Shown: positions 13,091-26,129 of the stretch, in pieces
Numbering within the stretch: the stretch's first letter is position 1
Layout: every line of letters begins with the position of its first letter
Assembly (NCBI GenBank): GCA_964016885.1
Contig: OZ024761.1
Coordinates: forward strand, 19,282,001-19,346,000
From: Eledone cirrhosa
Taxonomy: Eukaryota
Length of the DNA: 64,000 nucleotides
Reading direction: 5' to 3'
Notes under the pieces: model-generated
Told to the model about the DNA's origin: nothing
Seen by the model: only the letters and a program-made list of their open reading frames with translations
Databases searched by the model: none
Translations under genes and position numbers: made by a program

Positions 13091-14756
13091 AAAGAATGTG
13101 CGCCTGCGTACGTGCATTCTGTAATTCTCTCCCCTTGGCTTTTACACACTTTTTCTCTCTCACACATACATTCTTTCTTTCCTCTCCCCCATCCACATAC
13201 ATACTTTCTATTTCTCTATCTCTCACACACACGCTTTCTACATATCTATCTGTCTGTCTGTCTGTCTAGCAATAAGACTCACTACTTAGCCACAATAAAT
13301 GAATATATATATATATCACATATAGTTTCTATCTCGAAAACTCTCTTCCTCACGCACCACACACAGTTTCTATCTCGAAAACTCTCTCCCTCACGCACCA
13401 CACACGCACACACTATGCCTCTCTCTCTACCACACCCACATATACACTACCTCTATCTATCTCTTCCTCATACACACTATTTCTATCACTCTACCACACT
13501 CACACACATACATTCTCTACATTATCTATCTCACGATGTTTATCTCTCCACCACACCCACACTACGTCTCTCTCTCATCCTCACACTACGCCTCTCTCTC
13601 TCCCTCTAGCACACCCACGTATACATTATCTCTCTCTATATGTATGTCTATCTCTCCTTCACACAAGGATGACTCTCCTATAATATGTTCATGACACATT
13701 CTGCGATCACACCTTACAGTCATCAAAGGAAGGGCACATTAAACAATATACTCTTAGATAACCACGAGATGGATTCTTGTATTCTATAATTGATTTCAGT
13801 TATTAGACTGCGACCATGCTGGGGCACTGCAGTGAAACGACCCCATACACACCCCAGTACGTAATTTTCTCAAGTGTGACACTAATCTTATCGAATTCTT
13901 CTTGCCGAACCGCTAGTTACGGCACAGTAAGCAGTAAGCGTATATATACACAGAGTATACACACACGTATTTTAATTAACTACCAACACGAACGCTAATA
14001 ATATGCAAATTAGTCCGTCCATTTCGTGACAGGGTATATAATCTCCTAGGTTACCTTTTTCTTGTGGTTGTTTATATACACACACTCAAATTTATATATA
14101 TATATACACACACCTTCTGATTAGTAACTCAATTATGTCCTAAAATCGATTAAAAGGTGTTTAAATACGTATAGTTGGTATGTATATGTCTATCTATCTA
14201 GATGTGTGTATATATTATAATGTTAAATATTGCCTGTACAGGTAATTAAAGTGTGTATACATTTTTTGTGGACACCTTGTGTGTGTATATATATATATAT
14301 AAATATGTGCCGGTGACTAGTCAAAGGAATTCGAAAACACTTGAGTATTTGTAACTCTAAGTGAGGAAATGTTACTTCTAAGTGAGAAGAGGAATTTCAA
14401 AAAGGTTATCGGCGCCGGTAAAAAAAAAAAATTCCCCAAACTACTTTAATGCCTTCGCTTCACGATTTTACTTTCTCGTAGCTTTCTTATTTCTAATAAT
14501 AGATATTTATTAATGAAACTTAGCAGAGATATATTTTCAAAGATGTAGATTACAATTGTGGAATTTAAAATATGTATATATATGTTGGCTTCACGCTCAC
14601 AATAATTTCTATACTTTCATTTATATATATATATATAGATATAATATAAGATCAAAAGATGGTTAAAGGAGTTCCATGTATTTTATTATGCGCATTTCAA
14701 AATGTATTGTACTACAATAAAACTCACCTCCTACATATATATATATATATATAGTT

Positions 14757-14831
14757 TTAATATAGATGAGATTCTACAGGACCAGAACTGTTTCATTCTT
14801 TAGAAATCATCAGGAATCTCATCTATATTAA
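14757..14831 (-). ncRNA. Type I hammerhead ribozyme motif (family H1)
   Basis: Minus strand: 18-bp stem I, CUGAUGA, stem II UUCU/AGAA, GAAA, stem III CAG/CUG, GUA cleavage triplet. Confidence 0.75.
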
Positions 14832-14992
14832 TACATTGCAGAGTATAAAAGTTTTGAGTACTTTACTTACTGTGGTTACCTCCGATTCAACCCGGAATAA
14901 CGTATATATATATATATTTTATTCATTAAGAACATGGAATTGGATAAATTTCCGAGTTTGTTTGGCCTACTAACAGACACAAATCGAAAGTA

Positions 14993-15552
14993 CCGTATTT
15001 GCCGGCTTACTGGACACAATACCCCCCCCCCCCCAAAAAAAATCATATAGAAAAATCTTCCCTGCATCCAATACGCCCGTATCACCGATGGGAGGACGAA
15101 CGGAGAGTGAGGACAATCATGGTTAATAAAATTTAGTTTGTATTATCATAAAGAAAGTGTTCAAACGCAGGAATGCTATAAAGATAGCTTACAAAATAGA
15201 CTGACCCTTAAAACAAGGAAAAAGAAGTTGCCACCGGCCCTCTTTTACCCGTTAGCATTTAAACTGGCCACATCCGGCCAGAATTCTCTCACCTCTTTCT
15301 GTTCAAACTGGCTGTAACCGGCCACTCATAGTTATGTTAAGGTATTCTTCTCAAAATAAATAATATCAAATAGTAATACAATTTATATAAGTAAAATGAT
15401 GTCGAACTTGAAAAAATAACAAAACAATGAACTAATTTTTAATAAATTTATGAAGAAATGTACTAAAATTCTTTTTTTTTCTTCTCAAAATCACCTTTTA
15501 AAACCAGGGTGTGTCTTATAGGATGGGGCGTCGAAAAGGCCGGCAAATACGG
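14993..15552. mobile_element. Tc1/mariner-pogo-type MITE with nested fragments
   Basis: TA|ccgtatttgccggc...gccggcaaatacgg|TA; relatives at 42-189 and 28761-29064. Confidence 0.75.
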
Positions 15553-16182
15553 TATTCAATAAATGAAAACATCAAAAAACGGAACTATACAATAATGAAC
15601 GTATTAATTTTTATCAAAAATACAAATAGATAATGTATTATCTCTGCCAAACTTCATTTAAAAATATACATTATTAAGAAAGTTATGACGAAACAAAGCC
15701 AGTGAAGGTGGGTAGCATAGAACTGTAGTTTTAGCAATAATATAATTTTTGGTGATAAATATTTAATGATAAATCGCTTCTGTATTAGTCACAACAGTAA
15801 CGGCTGTTACTAAATGATAACACAGAACACTCACACCCGCTAGTAGGAGCACCGATGTGGTCACAGGGTCTGCTAGAAATAGCAGCCAAATATTTCTTGG
15901 GTTAATTACACCAGCAGTTCCCCAGCCAGGGATCTCACATAGGTAATACTGCTGGAGGGGGTCCGTTGAGCTAAATTAACACAGAGCACACACACACCCC
16001 TCCTAGAATGAGTGCCAATGTGGTCACGTGGCCTGCTAGAAATAGCAGCCAAATATTCTTTGGATTAACCACCAGCAATTCCCCAGCCAGGGGTCTTGTA
16101 AATGTAGTACTGCTAGAGGGGGGGTCCTTTGAACTAAATTCAAAATTTCAAGAATTTGGTTATAAACATAATATATACACAG

Positions 16183-16470
16183 TACTTCTCCGAATTGAGT
16201 GATCACAGCTCCGATACTATGGGCATGTGGTTAGAATGTCTCAGAAAAGAATCGCTGGACAGATTTTATGGGCAAAACCAACCGACAAGAGATCCAGAGG
16301 TAGACCCCGAACAAGATGGTTGGATAGCAAACAGGAGCTTGGCTGATCACGCTTGGGGATCCAGCCGAATCAGTTGAAGACGGTTGCTTCCGACTGGACT
16401 CGCTGGAATTAGTTTTTGAGGACTCTGCCCCAACGACCCTCTCCGGAATAAGTGGACGAAGAAGAAGAGA
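16183..16470 (+). mobile_element. RTE-type LINE 3' fragment, degenerate
   Basis: SQLRYYGHVVRM...KRSRGRPRTRW plus GAA tail; reverse copy at ~28055-28295; shorter pieces at 1905-2010 and 3260-3355. Confidence 0.75.
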
Positions 16471-16641
16471 AGGGTAACCATTCTTCTCTAAATGTAAACA
16501 TATCTTTCTTTTGATTGTTATTCTCGCTGTATAACAAACATTCTGTGAGAGGGGCTTCCCTAGACCTAGATATCTCGGTGATGGTCATGGATGGAATATA
16601 TTTAATCATATAGTTCTACTTATTCACGCTTTTAAATAACT

Positions 16642-16826
16642 GTTTCTACTTTTGGCACAAGGCGCCAGCAATTACCCAGTGTATTACTGGTACTTTATTT
16701 TATCGACCTCGTAAGGATGAAAGGCAAAGTTAACCTCGGCGGGATTTGAACTCAGAATGGCAAGGGCCGTAACTCTATGCGTCAAAGCATGGCGTCCGAT
16801 GCTCCACCTATACTGTCAATCCACCG
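16642..16826 (-). mobile_element. SINE family B
   Basis: Match to 4204-4388. Confidence 0.82.
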
Positions 16827-16929
16827 AATAACGATAACAAAACAACAATTAAAATAATGTAAATTATAACAATAATAATAATTTCTAAGGCCGACTACAT
16901 TTCACTAGAGGATGAGTATTAGCTTAGAT

Positions 16930-17076
16930 CAGTGGCTCCCAAAGTGGGTTCACGGAAAAAAGGTAGAGGAATATATTTATATTACGACCAAACAGCAGTA
17001 TTAGACTTTGGGGTTCCCTAAAACATTTCTTAACCAAATAGGGTTCCGCGTTTGGAAAAAAAAATGGGAAACCTTG
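16930..17076. mobile_element. hAT-type MITE
   Basis: cagtggctcccaaa...tgggaaaccttg; TSD gcttagat/gtttagat; paralog at 35611-35776. Confidence 0.8.
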
Positions 17077-17102
17077 GTTTAGATGGACCAGCAATAATAT
17101 TA

Positions 17103-17680
17103 AAATAGGGGTTATATTTGCTAAGATGGAAACCCCGAAATAATGAAATAGGGGTTATATTCGCTGAGATGGAAATCCCGTAATATTGAAACAAGAGGTG
17201 TATTCGCTAAGATAAAAAACTCTCAATTTTTTTCATAGGGGGTGTATCCGCTGAGATGGTAACGCGTATTTTTTTTAATAGGGGGTGTATTTGCTAAGAT
17301 ATAGCAATCGTAATTTCGTGGAATAAGGGTGAGAGGGGGGTGTATTTGCTAAGATCGATTCCCTTTGTTTTGAAATGGGGGGTAGGGGTGTAAACGCTGA
17401 AATCGATTTTCGTAATTTTGAAGGTGAGGGTGGGAGTGTATTCGATTAGATGCATTGCGTGTAATTTTGGAATGGAGTGGTGGTGTCATCGCTTAGATGT
17501 GTAAGTACCACAGGTAGTTTTCGTGAAGCGGGTATCGTCGCTAAGATCGTTACTAGGAACTTTGAAAGGGGGTGTGTATTTGCTGAGATGTACCACACGC
17601 AAATTTTGAGTAGGGGGTGGAATCGCTAAGATGTACCATAGGTAGTTTTCGTGAAAGGGGGTGTAGTTGCTTCACATGGA
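17103..17680. repeat. Degenerate ~40-55-bp tandem repeat, ~13 units with conserved core
   Basis: Recurrent GGGGTGTATTYGCTRAGAT separated by variable linkers. Confidence 0.8.
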
Positions 17681-18005
17681 TCTAGGAGGCCCCTAACAAA
17701 AACCCACTCTTATATTGCAGGGATTCGGCTTCACGTCTCCCCTCTTTATATCATGCTCACATTCACACAACAACAAAAAAGCCATCAGTCTCCTCCGCTC
17801 CCGTTAAAATATAAATATATAAATGTAAAAAATTACGATTTCTGAACTATATCGTGCATAAACGAAAAAATTGGCGTTAATAATGATAATTGGCGATGAT
17901 GATTTTTGTAAGATAAGTGAGATACGCAAGGTCATACTTTGACCAAAACTTACGAAAGATAAAAGAAAAAATAGTTTGTGTTAAAAATAAACAACTCGTG
18001 TATAC

Positions 18006-18188
18006 CTTCTCGGCTTTAGTCCACAATTCTAGGATCTTAGTCATTCGAAAGTGGCGTCCGATGTCTGCATTATACATGAACTTATTTTTATCGCTTTCTA
18101 ATCTCGTTTTATCCTTGAGGTATTTATTAGCTTCGATGCCAGAGGCAAGTGCGAGAGTAATAATTGCGTATAAAATAAAAGAAGACAT
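18006..18188 (-). CDS. LRPAP1: LDL-receptor-related protein-associated protein (RAP), coding exon 1 with signal peptide
   Basis: ATG at 18188; MSSFILYAIITLALASGIEANKY...FRMTKILELWTKAEK matches the RAP D1 motif FRMEKLNQLWEKAQR; donor AAG|GTATAC, phase 0. Confidence 0.9.
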
Positions 18189-18959
18189 GTTGGCGAGAAA
18201 AACAATAATGAAATTGTGTTCTGTTGTAAATTTATCTCCCTTGGTTCTTCTATACGGAAGCCCAGCAGTGTCAGAATGTGATCTCCAGTTATGAAATTCT
18301 ATTTTCTTTGCATGACTGTTAAACCCTTTTTATAACTGCTTGAAACACCCCCTCCTTTTTACGATACTAAGCTGTTTCTGTTTATTTCTGAAATGTTTAT
18401 ATTCAGCTAAAAAAAAAAAAAACCTTCCATCATACAAGCACCTTTGTTAAGTTATGTTCCAAATAGCAATTTAATAGTTTCTAATTTAGGCATGATGCCA
18501 GTAATTTTAAGGAAAGGATAAAGTCAATTAAAGTGACCTCATTACCCTGGGTGATGGCGAGGCTAAGGTGTTAAAAAAACTAAGCACCCACAATGGCCTT
18601 GAGAGTGAAATTAGGTAGACAGAAACTGTTTGGAAGTCCGCCAGATTGACTGTACCTGTACCTCATGATTCAAATGGTCAGCCTTGTCACACACTGTATC
18701 ACATTGAATCTCCCTGAGATATACATGTCTGTGGAATACTCAGCCAATTACACTATAATACAAGATGAACTTAGTGCAGGGCAATAAAGATAGACGGTAG
18801 CTACGGAGTAGGCAGACCCAGAAAAACCTGGGACGAGCTGATAAATTCTGACCTAACACACTTACATCTCTCCAAGACAATGTCACTGGACCGAGACCTT
18901 TGGCGGTACTCAGTAATAGAGAAGACCCGCCTTACCTAAATACAAAGTAAAACCTACTA

Positions 18960-19425
18960 CAGCCAGTAGGCATCTCTAACAAAATACACACACACACCCC
19001 CACACCCCACCCCATCCACACAGCCCCTTCAATGTAAAGTTATGTTGGTGCCACAACATCCAGGCCGAAACAAATGAGATCGTGTAGACACAGTCCACGC
19101 TGTAATGTGGTCGTGTAGGCAACACGGTAAAAACCTCCCAGCCCCACACTGTAAATGTGGTTGGTGTTAGGAAGGGCATCCAGCTGTAGAAAACCTGCCA
19201 GACAGTCCACGCTGTAATGTGGCCATGTAGGCAACACGGTAAAAACCTCCCAGCCCCACACTGTAAATGTGGTTGGTGTTAGGAAGGGCATCCAGCTGTA
19301 GAAAACCCGCCAGATAGTCCTATGCGAGTAAGACAAACACTCTTGCCTCAAGTGGGAAAACCCCCGTCCAAACCCATGCAAGCGTGGAACACGGACGTTA
19401 AACGTTGATGATGATGATGATGATG
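18960..19425 (+). mobile_element. Dispersed repeat ending in the family-A tail, with ~120-bp internal tandem duplication
   Basis: acagtccacgctgtaatgtgg...ggaagggcatccagctgtagaaaac occurs twice, then a GAT tail; unduplicated paralog at 25365-25742. Confidence 0.7.
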
Positions 19426-19708
19426 AACTGTACCTCATAATTCAAAGCGTTAGGCTTGTCACATTGAATCTTCCTGAGAATTACATCAACTGTACATATG
19501 ACTGTGGAATACTCAGCCACTAACATTACAAGATGCACTGTACCTGTAATTCTAATGGCCAATCTTGTCACACCATTTAATTTCCATTTTCCCACCACTA
19601 GCATGGGTTAGACGAGTTGTCCCGTTGTGAGATAAGTCAGGTCAGATGACCATGTCTTGCTTATACAGACCCATTTCTGGCTTGGAATCTCCCTGACAAT
19701 TACATTAA

Positions 19709-19886
19709 CCCTTTAGCATTTAAACCAGCCAGAATTCTCTCACCTCTTTCTGTTCAAACTGGCCACTCATACTGATGTTAAGGTATTGTTCACAAAATAA
19801 ATAATATCAAAATCTCGTAGATTCGATATTATGTGAGGCAAAAGCCTTTATCATGAAAATACAATAGTAATGAAAATGCTGAAGGG
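19709..19886. mobile_element. piggyBac-type MITE
   Basis: TTAA|CCCTTTAGCATT...AATGCTGAAGGG|TTAA; other copies at ~3807-4004, 20495-20676, 23459-23647, 60752-60934, partial at 15248-15370. Confidence 0.82.
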
Positions 19887-20089
19887 TTAAGGGATACACA
19901 TGTCTGTAGAATGCTCAGCCACTTATATACACATTAATTACATCAGCAAGCTGTTCCGTTGATTAAACAAGTGGAACACGAAACTGACAGAAGCCCCTTC
20001 ATCACCCGGGTGAGACAAAGTGGGATTTTACCTCAGAATAAATACCACAAGGCTTCTTTCCATCAATTTGCCACAAAAAAAAGACAAAT

Positions 20090-20147
20090 TTAAAAAAAAA
20101 ACACATAACACTGAAATATTTCTAAAAATTCAATTTTATTTTTTATT
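20090..20147 (-). terminator. Candidate distal polyadenylation site of CISD2
   Basis: Two minus-strand AATAAA (20135-20140, 20142-20147) followed by a GT/T-rich tract; a proximal AATAAA lies at 22971-22976. Confidence 0.35.
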
Positions 20148-23113
20148 AAATTTTTTTTAATATTTTTTTTTTTCATCAGAAAAAGAAAAAGTTTTCTGAA
20201 TAACAATTTTTTTTTTTTTTTTTTTTTTTTCATTTCTCAGACTAAATCAATAATTAATTGGTTAGTAAAGATATTATTGATTATTGGTTATTTTGTCCCA
20301 GGCTAGCCCTGGCTCAGCAGACCTATACTGATCAAAGACATTCCAGTTATGACCATCTCGTCTTTCTCTACTAAGTCCTTGTGTTATTTAACCTTTGGTG
20401 GGATTTGAACAGAGAGCTAAAGAAGCTGTAACAACTAATTTCAGTGAAAAGAGAGAAAAGATTTATTTATTTCTAGCATAGACCCATGGTTAACTCATTA
20501 GCATTTAAACCGGCTATATCTGACCTCTTTCTGTTCAAACTGGTCATAACTGGCCACTCATACTGATGTTATGGCATTGTTCTCAAAATAAATATCATCA
20601 TCAAAATCTCATAGATTCCATATTATGTGAGATTAAGCCTTTACCATGAAAATATAATAGTAGAGTAACTGAAGGGTTAAACAAGGTCACACATAATTAG
20701 ACAGGCTTGGACATGGTAACACAGTCGCACTTGGTTAAACAGGGTAACACAAAGTCACACCTGGTTGGACAAGGTTTTACATGTTGGCATGGGTTAGATG
20801 GGTTGTCACAGTCTGGAATTACAGATGGGAGGCCCACATTTTACACATGCACTCCCTTTTTCGGCGTGTATTCTACAGCTGAATGCCCTGCCCAATGCTA
20901 ACTCCTCATACATCAGACAGACCCCACCCCCAGATGGACACACATTGGATAATATAATATAATTCTAATTAATACAAAGAGTGGTGTGCTCATGCACGGA
21001 GATGCAATAAAATAGGGTGAAGACACTTTAAGATGGAGAAAGAGGGGTCTTCACTCTATTTTTAAGATCTTCACACATAAGCACACTCTTTACATTAACT
21101 TTATCCCCTCAGTGCTTCGTAAAAGTTGGAGAGATATCGACTATGGATATGTTTGAAGAATTCTAATGTAATAATGGTAAAAAAAAAGAAAAAAATGGGA
21201 GGGCCATAGCTGGAATGCCTTTGATTCAAGGTTGTTTCAACCAAGACCTGACCTTGGGCTAAAACACACTCATACATTCAGTCTCATACTGCTAAAAAGA
21301 CAAAAAAAAGATAGGATTGTCATTGCTGGAATGCCATTGATCAATGAGTATCTCAACCAAGGCTTGACCTAGGGCTAAAATTACCAACATACATTCAGTC
21401 ACTCAAGTAAAATTCCCCTTTTTCATTAATTGCATGTTTCTTGCTTTTTTGATTTTTTTCTCAATATACAAAGAAATAATAATAAATAAAATTAAATTAA
21501 ATAAATAGATAATACTGCAATATAAAATATCTATATAAAAAATTTTTTTTTAAATGAAAGAAGCCGATTTTTCAGATCGGACCAAGGAAATTACATTTTC
21601 CATTCCAGATACTATCGGTCACCTGGCAGAAGCGTTACAGTCTTTCCCAGTGACAGGAGGCAGGAGTTGAACTCAGAACAAACAAACAAATAAAGACAGC
21701 CAGAACAGATAACATGAAGTCTCCTGCTCTATACTTTAGCAAATTCTGCCAAATCTATCACCAACCATCTACTGGTACTTTACTTTATTGACCCTCCCAA
21801 CCCCTCCCCACACAAAAAAAACAAAACATGAAAGTTAAAATTAGTCCGTGGGGTTTGAAAACAGATCCCAAAGATTTAGTACAAATATCACAAAGCATTC
21901 TTTTCCAATGCCCTAACAGCTCTGCCAATTCGCCTATATGTATATATGTGACAAAAAGTGTCCAGCCCACACTGTAAAGTGGTTGTAAAGGTGACACAAC
22001 AAAAAGAACCCAGTCCACACTGTAAAGTGGTCATTTTGGTGACATGACAAAAAGTGCCCACTCTGGACTGTAAAGTAGCTGTGTAAATGTGGTTAGCATT
22101 AGGAAGGGCATCCAGCCATAAAAACCAAGCCAAAATCAGTTCTGTATGAACAAAGCATGGTCATCTGATCTGGCTTGTTTCACAATGGGACAACTTGTCT
22201 AACCCATGCTAGCATGGCAAAATGGCCATTAAATGGTGATGATATGTATATATATATATACACATTTTCAAATTGCAGTAGTATGACAGAATCATAGTGG
22301 TGTTACATAAAATGCTTTGCGGTATTTTTTCCAGTTCTCTGTGCTCTGAGTCTAAACCCCACTGAGGTCAACCTTGCTTTTCATCATTTCGGGGTCGATA
22401 AATAAATGAAGTACCAGCCCAGTACCGGGATGAAGCCTTCTTCTCTCTCTCTCTCTATCTCACTTTCTCAGAGAAGTCGGCTACGATCAGATCAGATCCT
22501 GAGATGAGATGGACTTCATCAGGTTTAAATGCCCAAGAAATGCTGTATGTCAAGCTGGCCTTGTGCCTGCCATGACTCTATCTGGAGGGAAGAGCTAAAA
22601 GAAGACGAAGCCATATAAAATTATCTCTTTTACAGCTTCTAACACAAGAACAATCCAAGAATATCTCCGACGTGTTAATAAAAAAAAAACCATTTGAAGG
22701 AGAAAAAAATGAAATTCTTCATTCATTCAAAACTACAAGGGTTGGCTGAAAAGTTCAAAGGTTGACCAAGATACTCTCAAGGAATGGACCAAATGGGGTT
22801 TATTTTTCAACAAAGTCTCTAGAAAGAAACAATGCAGTTATTAAGAACATTTGAAACTAATGCATGCAAGATTTCACAGCACTAGCATCATCACTCCTTC
22901 ATAGTCAGCCTATAAACTTTTCAGACAACACTTGTTCTTCTACTCTCTCTCTCTCCTTTTATACATAACTTTTATTAACAAATTTTCAATTTTTAACAAC
23001 TACTACAAAATAGTAATAATAATAATTTGGGCAAAATAACCCATTCCCCCACCACCAAAAAAAATAAAATAATAATAATAAAGTAAAGCCATTGTTACTA
23101 AGTTAAACCATTT

Positions 23114-23209
23114 TCATTGTGGAGGTACCTTTCTCTTCAAGACAACAGGTCCAACATTGTCATCTGTAAGTTTGTTGTGTTTGGTATGAGAACCATCACA
23201 GTAGGGGAA
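23114..23209 (-). CDS. CISD2: CISD2 exon 3 (CDGSH motif, stop)
   Basis: atttcag|TTC; [31 protein letters not shown]; completes the 3Cys-1His ligand set. Confidence 0.95.
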   Translation of the reverse strand, partial: FPYCDGSHTKHNKLTDDNVGPVVLKRKVPPQ

Positions 23210-23458
23210 CTGAAATGATAAATAAAAGGAATATAATAAATATTGGTATGGACATGTAATGCGTATGTCTTTTCTTAGTGGTATGACAAAGAAAGGGTTT
23301 AAGTGTAAAGAGATCCCTTATTAGGGAACGGAACTGACTTGCTGTTTTTTATTAGTGATAAGGTAAAGAAAGGGTTTAAATGTAAAGAGATCCCTTATTA
23401 GGGAACATAACTGACTGTTGCTGTTTTCTATTAGTGATAAGGCAAAGAAAGGGTTTAA

Positions 23459-23647
23459 CCCTTTAGCATTTAAACTAGTTATATCTGGCCAGAATTCTCT
23501 CACCTCTTTCTGTTCAAACCGGCTGCTCATATTTATGTTAAGGTATTGTTCTCAAAATAAATAATATCAAAATCTCATAGATTCAATATTATGTGAGGTA
23601 AAGTGTTTACCGTGAAAATACAATAGTCAAATGTAAATGCTAAAGGG
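23459..23647. mobile_element. piggyBac-type MITE in CISD2 intron 2
   Basis: ttaa|ccctttagcatt...aatgctaaaggg|tttaa; interrupts one unit of a local tandem repeat. Confidence 0.82.
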
Positions 23648-23688
23648 TTTAAGTGTAAAGAGATCCCTAAATAAGGAGCAGAACTGAC

Positions 23689-23918
23689 CTTTGCTGATCT
23701 CCAACAGCGACAATATGCAACTTTATCTCCGAGATCTTCAATATCAGCCATGTCAACCACTTTGTCACAATTTTTCTTAATGGTCAGGTTGATTTTACAT
23801 AGACTCTCCCGTTTATGTCCCCGGTACTGCTCCCATTTCTCGTGGAATGTGTGAGAGGTGACGTAGACAATGAGGGACACAGTACCCACAAATGGAACCA
23901 GACTCACCCAGTCACGAA
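23689..23918 (-). CDS. CISD2: CISD2 exon 2 (transmembrane helix and start of CDGSH domain)
   Basis: cttttcag|TT; VRDWVSLVPFVGTVSLIVYV...KINLTIKKNCDKVVDMADIEDLGDKVAYCRCWRSAK; AAG|GTCAGT. Confidence 0.95.
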
Positions 23919-25896
23919 CTGAAAAGAACCAGAAAAAATAAATAAAATGAAATTTTTAAAAATCACATATATAATATAATTTTTAAAAATGGAAATGAAA
24001 TTTAAAGCTCACAGTTATGTAGGTATAGCTGACCTCCTACATGGTTATTGAAGGTTTCCAGTGTTTTAATAATAAGGACCCCAGTTCAATCATATATTTA
24101 CATAAATATGTAGCTGTAGCTGACTTCCTACAAGGTTGTATTTCATAGGAGTTTTTGTGGGTGTTTTAATGATAAGGGCTCTAGTTCTATCATATATATC
24201 ATTATCATCAACATTTTACATCCATTCTTCCAAGCTAGCATGGGTTAGACGAGTTGTCCTGTTGTGGGCAATGCTACATCAGGTGCCCATTTCTTACTCA
24301 TACAGAACTGATTCTGGCTTGATTTCTACAGCTGGATGCCCTTCCTAATGCCACCCTCATTTACAGTGAGTACTGGGTGCTTTTTGTCAGTACTTAATCA
24401 GAGCTATTGTCCTCTTTGATGGGCCAGGAGACCATGTCTGGTTTATTCACATGGTTTCTACAGCTGGATGCCCTTCCTAAATACCAGCCACTTTACAGAG
24501 TGTACTGGTTGCATTTTATCATGGCACAAAGAGACATTGGGAAATATAGCCCAGTATATGCAAAAACATAGTCATGGCTGGAACATCATTGATCAAGGCT
24601 GACCTGGGGATAAACACCATCACCACCACCACCACCACCAACATATGACTTATGTCTAGTAAGTTGGCCATCTTCAAAGACATTCGCTTGTTAGTTCAAA
24701 TGGAGCTAATGGGCTTCTGCAGAGTTTCTGCCTACCAATTACGATATGCAATGAACCTGTTTGATACCCCAAAAATGTGTGTGTATATATATAATGACCC
24801 CTTAGCCTTTGTCAAGGCAGAATTCTAGGAGAAGGAAAACTCTGATATAACACCTGCAACTCTGATGGTATCCAATGATGTTGACTTGTTCTTCTTTTTG
24901 GTAAATATCATCTTGGTTAAGAGAGTGGGACTGGCTTTGTGCAGTGCCTTTGCTCACTATAAAAGCTTCACGGCACAGGCATTGCTTTATATCTGGAGAT
25001 CTCTCTGCACTTGTCGTCACATGGTACCATGGGCCCAGCACTATGTGTCAATAATTGTCACAAGTGTAGTGTTTGTACCAGAGTTTTCAAGTCGCTGGCT
25101 GGACTAAAAAGTCACACTCGTTCAGCGCATCAGTAGGGGTTCTCCTACATGTATATAAAGTATTGGCCGTACTCGAAAACGAGTTGGCAGCCACCATATA
25201 TATATATATGATTTGATATAGTCCCATAACTCCTGATAGAGTTGTAGGGGTGCCGTATTGACATAGTGTTTCTTGGGCATTTTAAGCCTGGCGGAGCCCA
25301 TCCGTCTCCAGGCTTTTATATATATACATATATACAAGACACGCCTTGCCTATGTACAAAACGAAACCTACAGTCAGTAGGCACCTCTTAACCAAAAATA
25401 CACCCCAATCCACTACCCCTACCCTATCCTCCCACCAACAGCACCTTCTCTCTGTAAAGTTGGTACCACAACATCCAGTCCAAATAAATGAGATCGTGTA
25501 GGTGTCATGACAAAAAAACACAGTCCACGCTGTAATGTGGCCCTGTAGGTAACACAGTAAAAGTTCCCAGTTCCACACTGTAAATGTGGTTGGTGTTGGG
25601 AAGGGCATCCAGCCGTAGAAAACCTGCCAGACAGTCCTATATGAGCGAGACACTGTCACCCGACCAACCTTGCCTCCAGCGGGACAACTCTCGTCTAACC
25701 CATGCTAGCGTGGAAGATGGACGTTAAACGATGATGATGATGACATAGTGGTAGAATGCTGGTGGGTTATATCTGCAGTAGTAGAGCACTCAGTCCATGG
25801 TGCGAGTTTGGTAGAAGTAGTTCCACAACAGTTAATACACCATTTCCGAAAACAATTTGTTTCATCTCAAACGGATCATCAGCTTGGTTTAAACCC

Positions 25897-25929
<33 letters not shown>

Positions 25930-25943
25930 CATGTTTATGCATA

Positions 25944-26129
25944 CAAGGATCGACTCGAAAGTTCATATGCTGACGAAGATACTCTCATGGAATGACCAGA
26001 TGAGATTTATTTTTCAACATAGTCTTTGGAAATATTAATAAGAAGAGTTGAAATTCATGCATGCAAGATTTCACAGCTCTCACCTATCTCCTTCATAATC
26101 AGCCTATGAACTTTTCAACCTGCCCTCGT
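25944..26129. mobile_element. mariner-type MITE
   Basis: gaaagttcata...tatgaacttttca inverted ends; copies at ~22736-22933, 29360-29548, 59973-60136. Confidence 0.7.

Noticed and set aside
17103-17680. CRISPR-like repeat/spacer appearance
   Set aside because: Eukaryotic intron, degenerate repeats, partly related linkers, no cas genes
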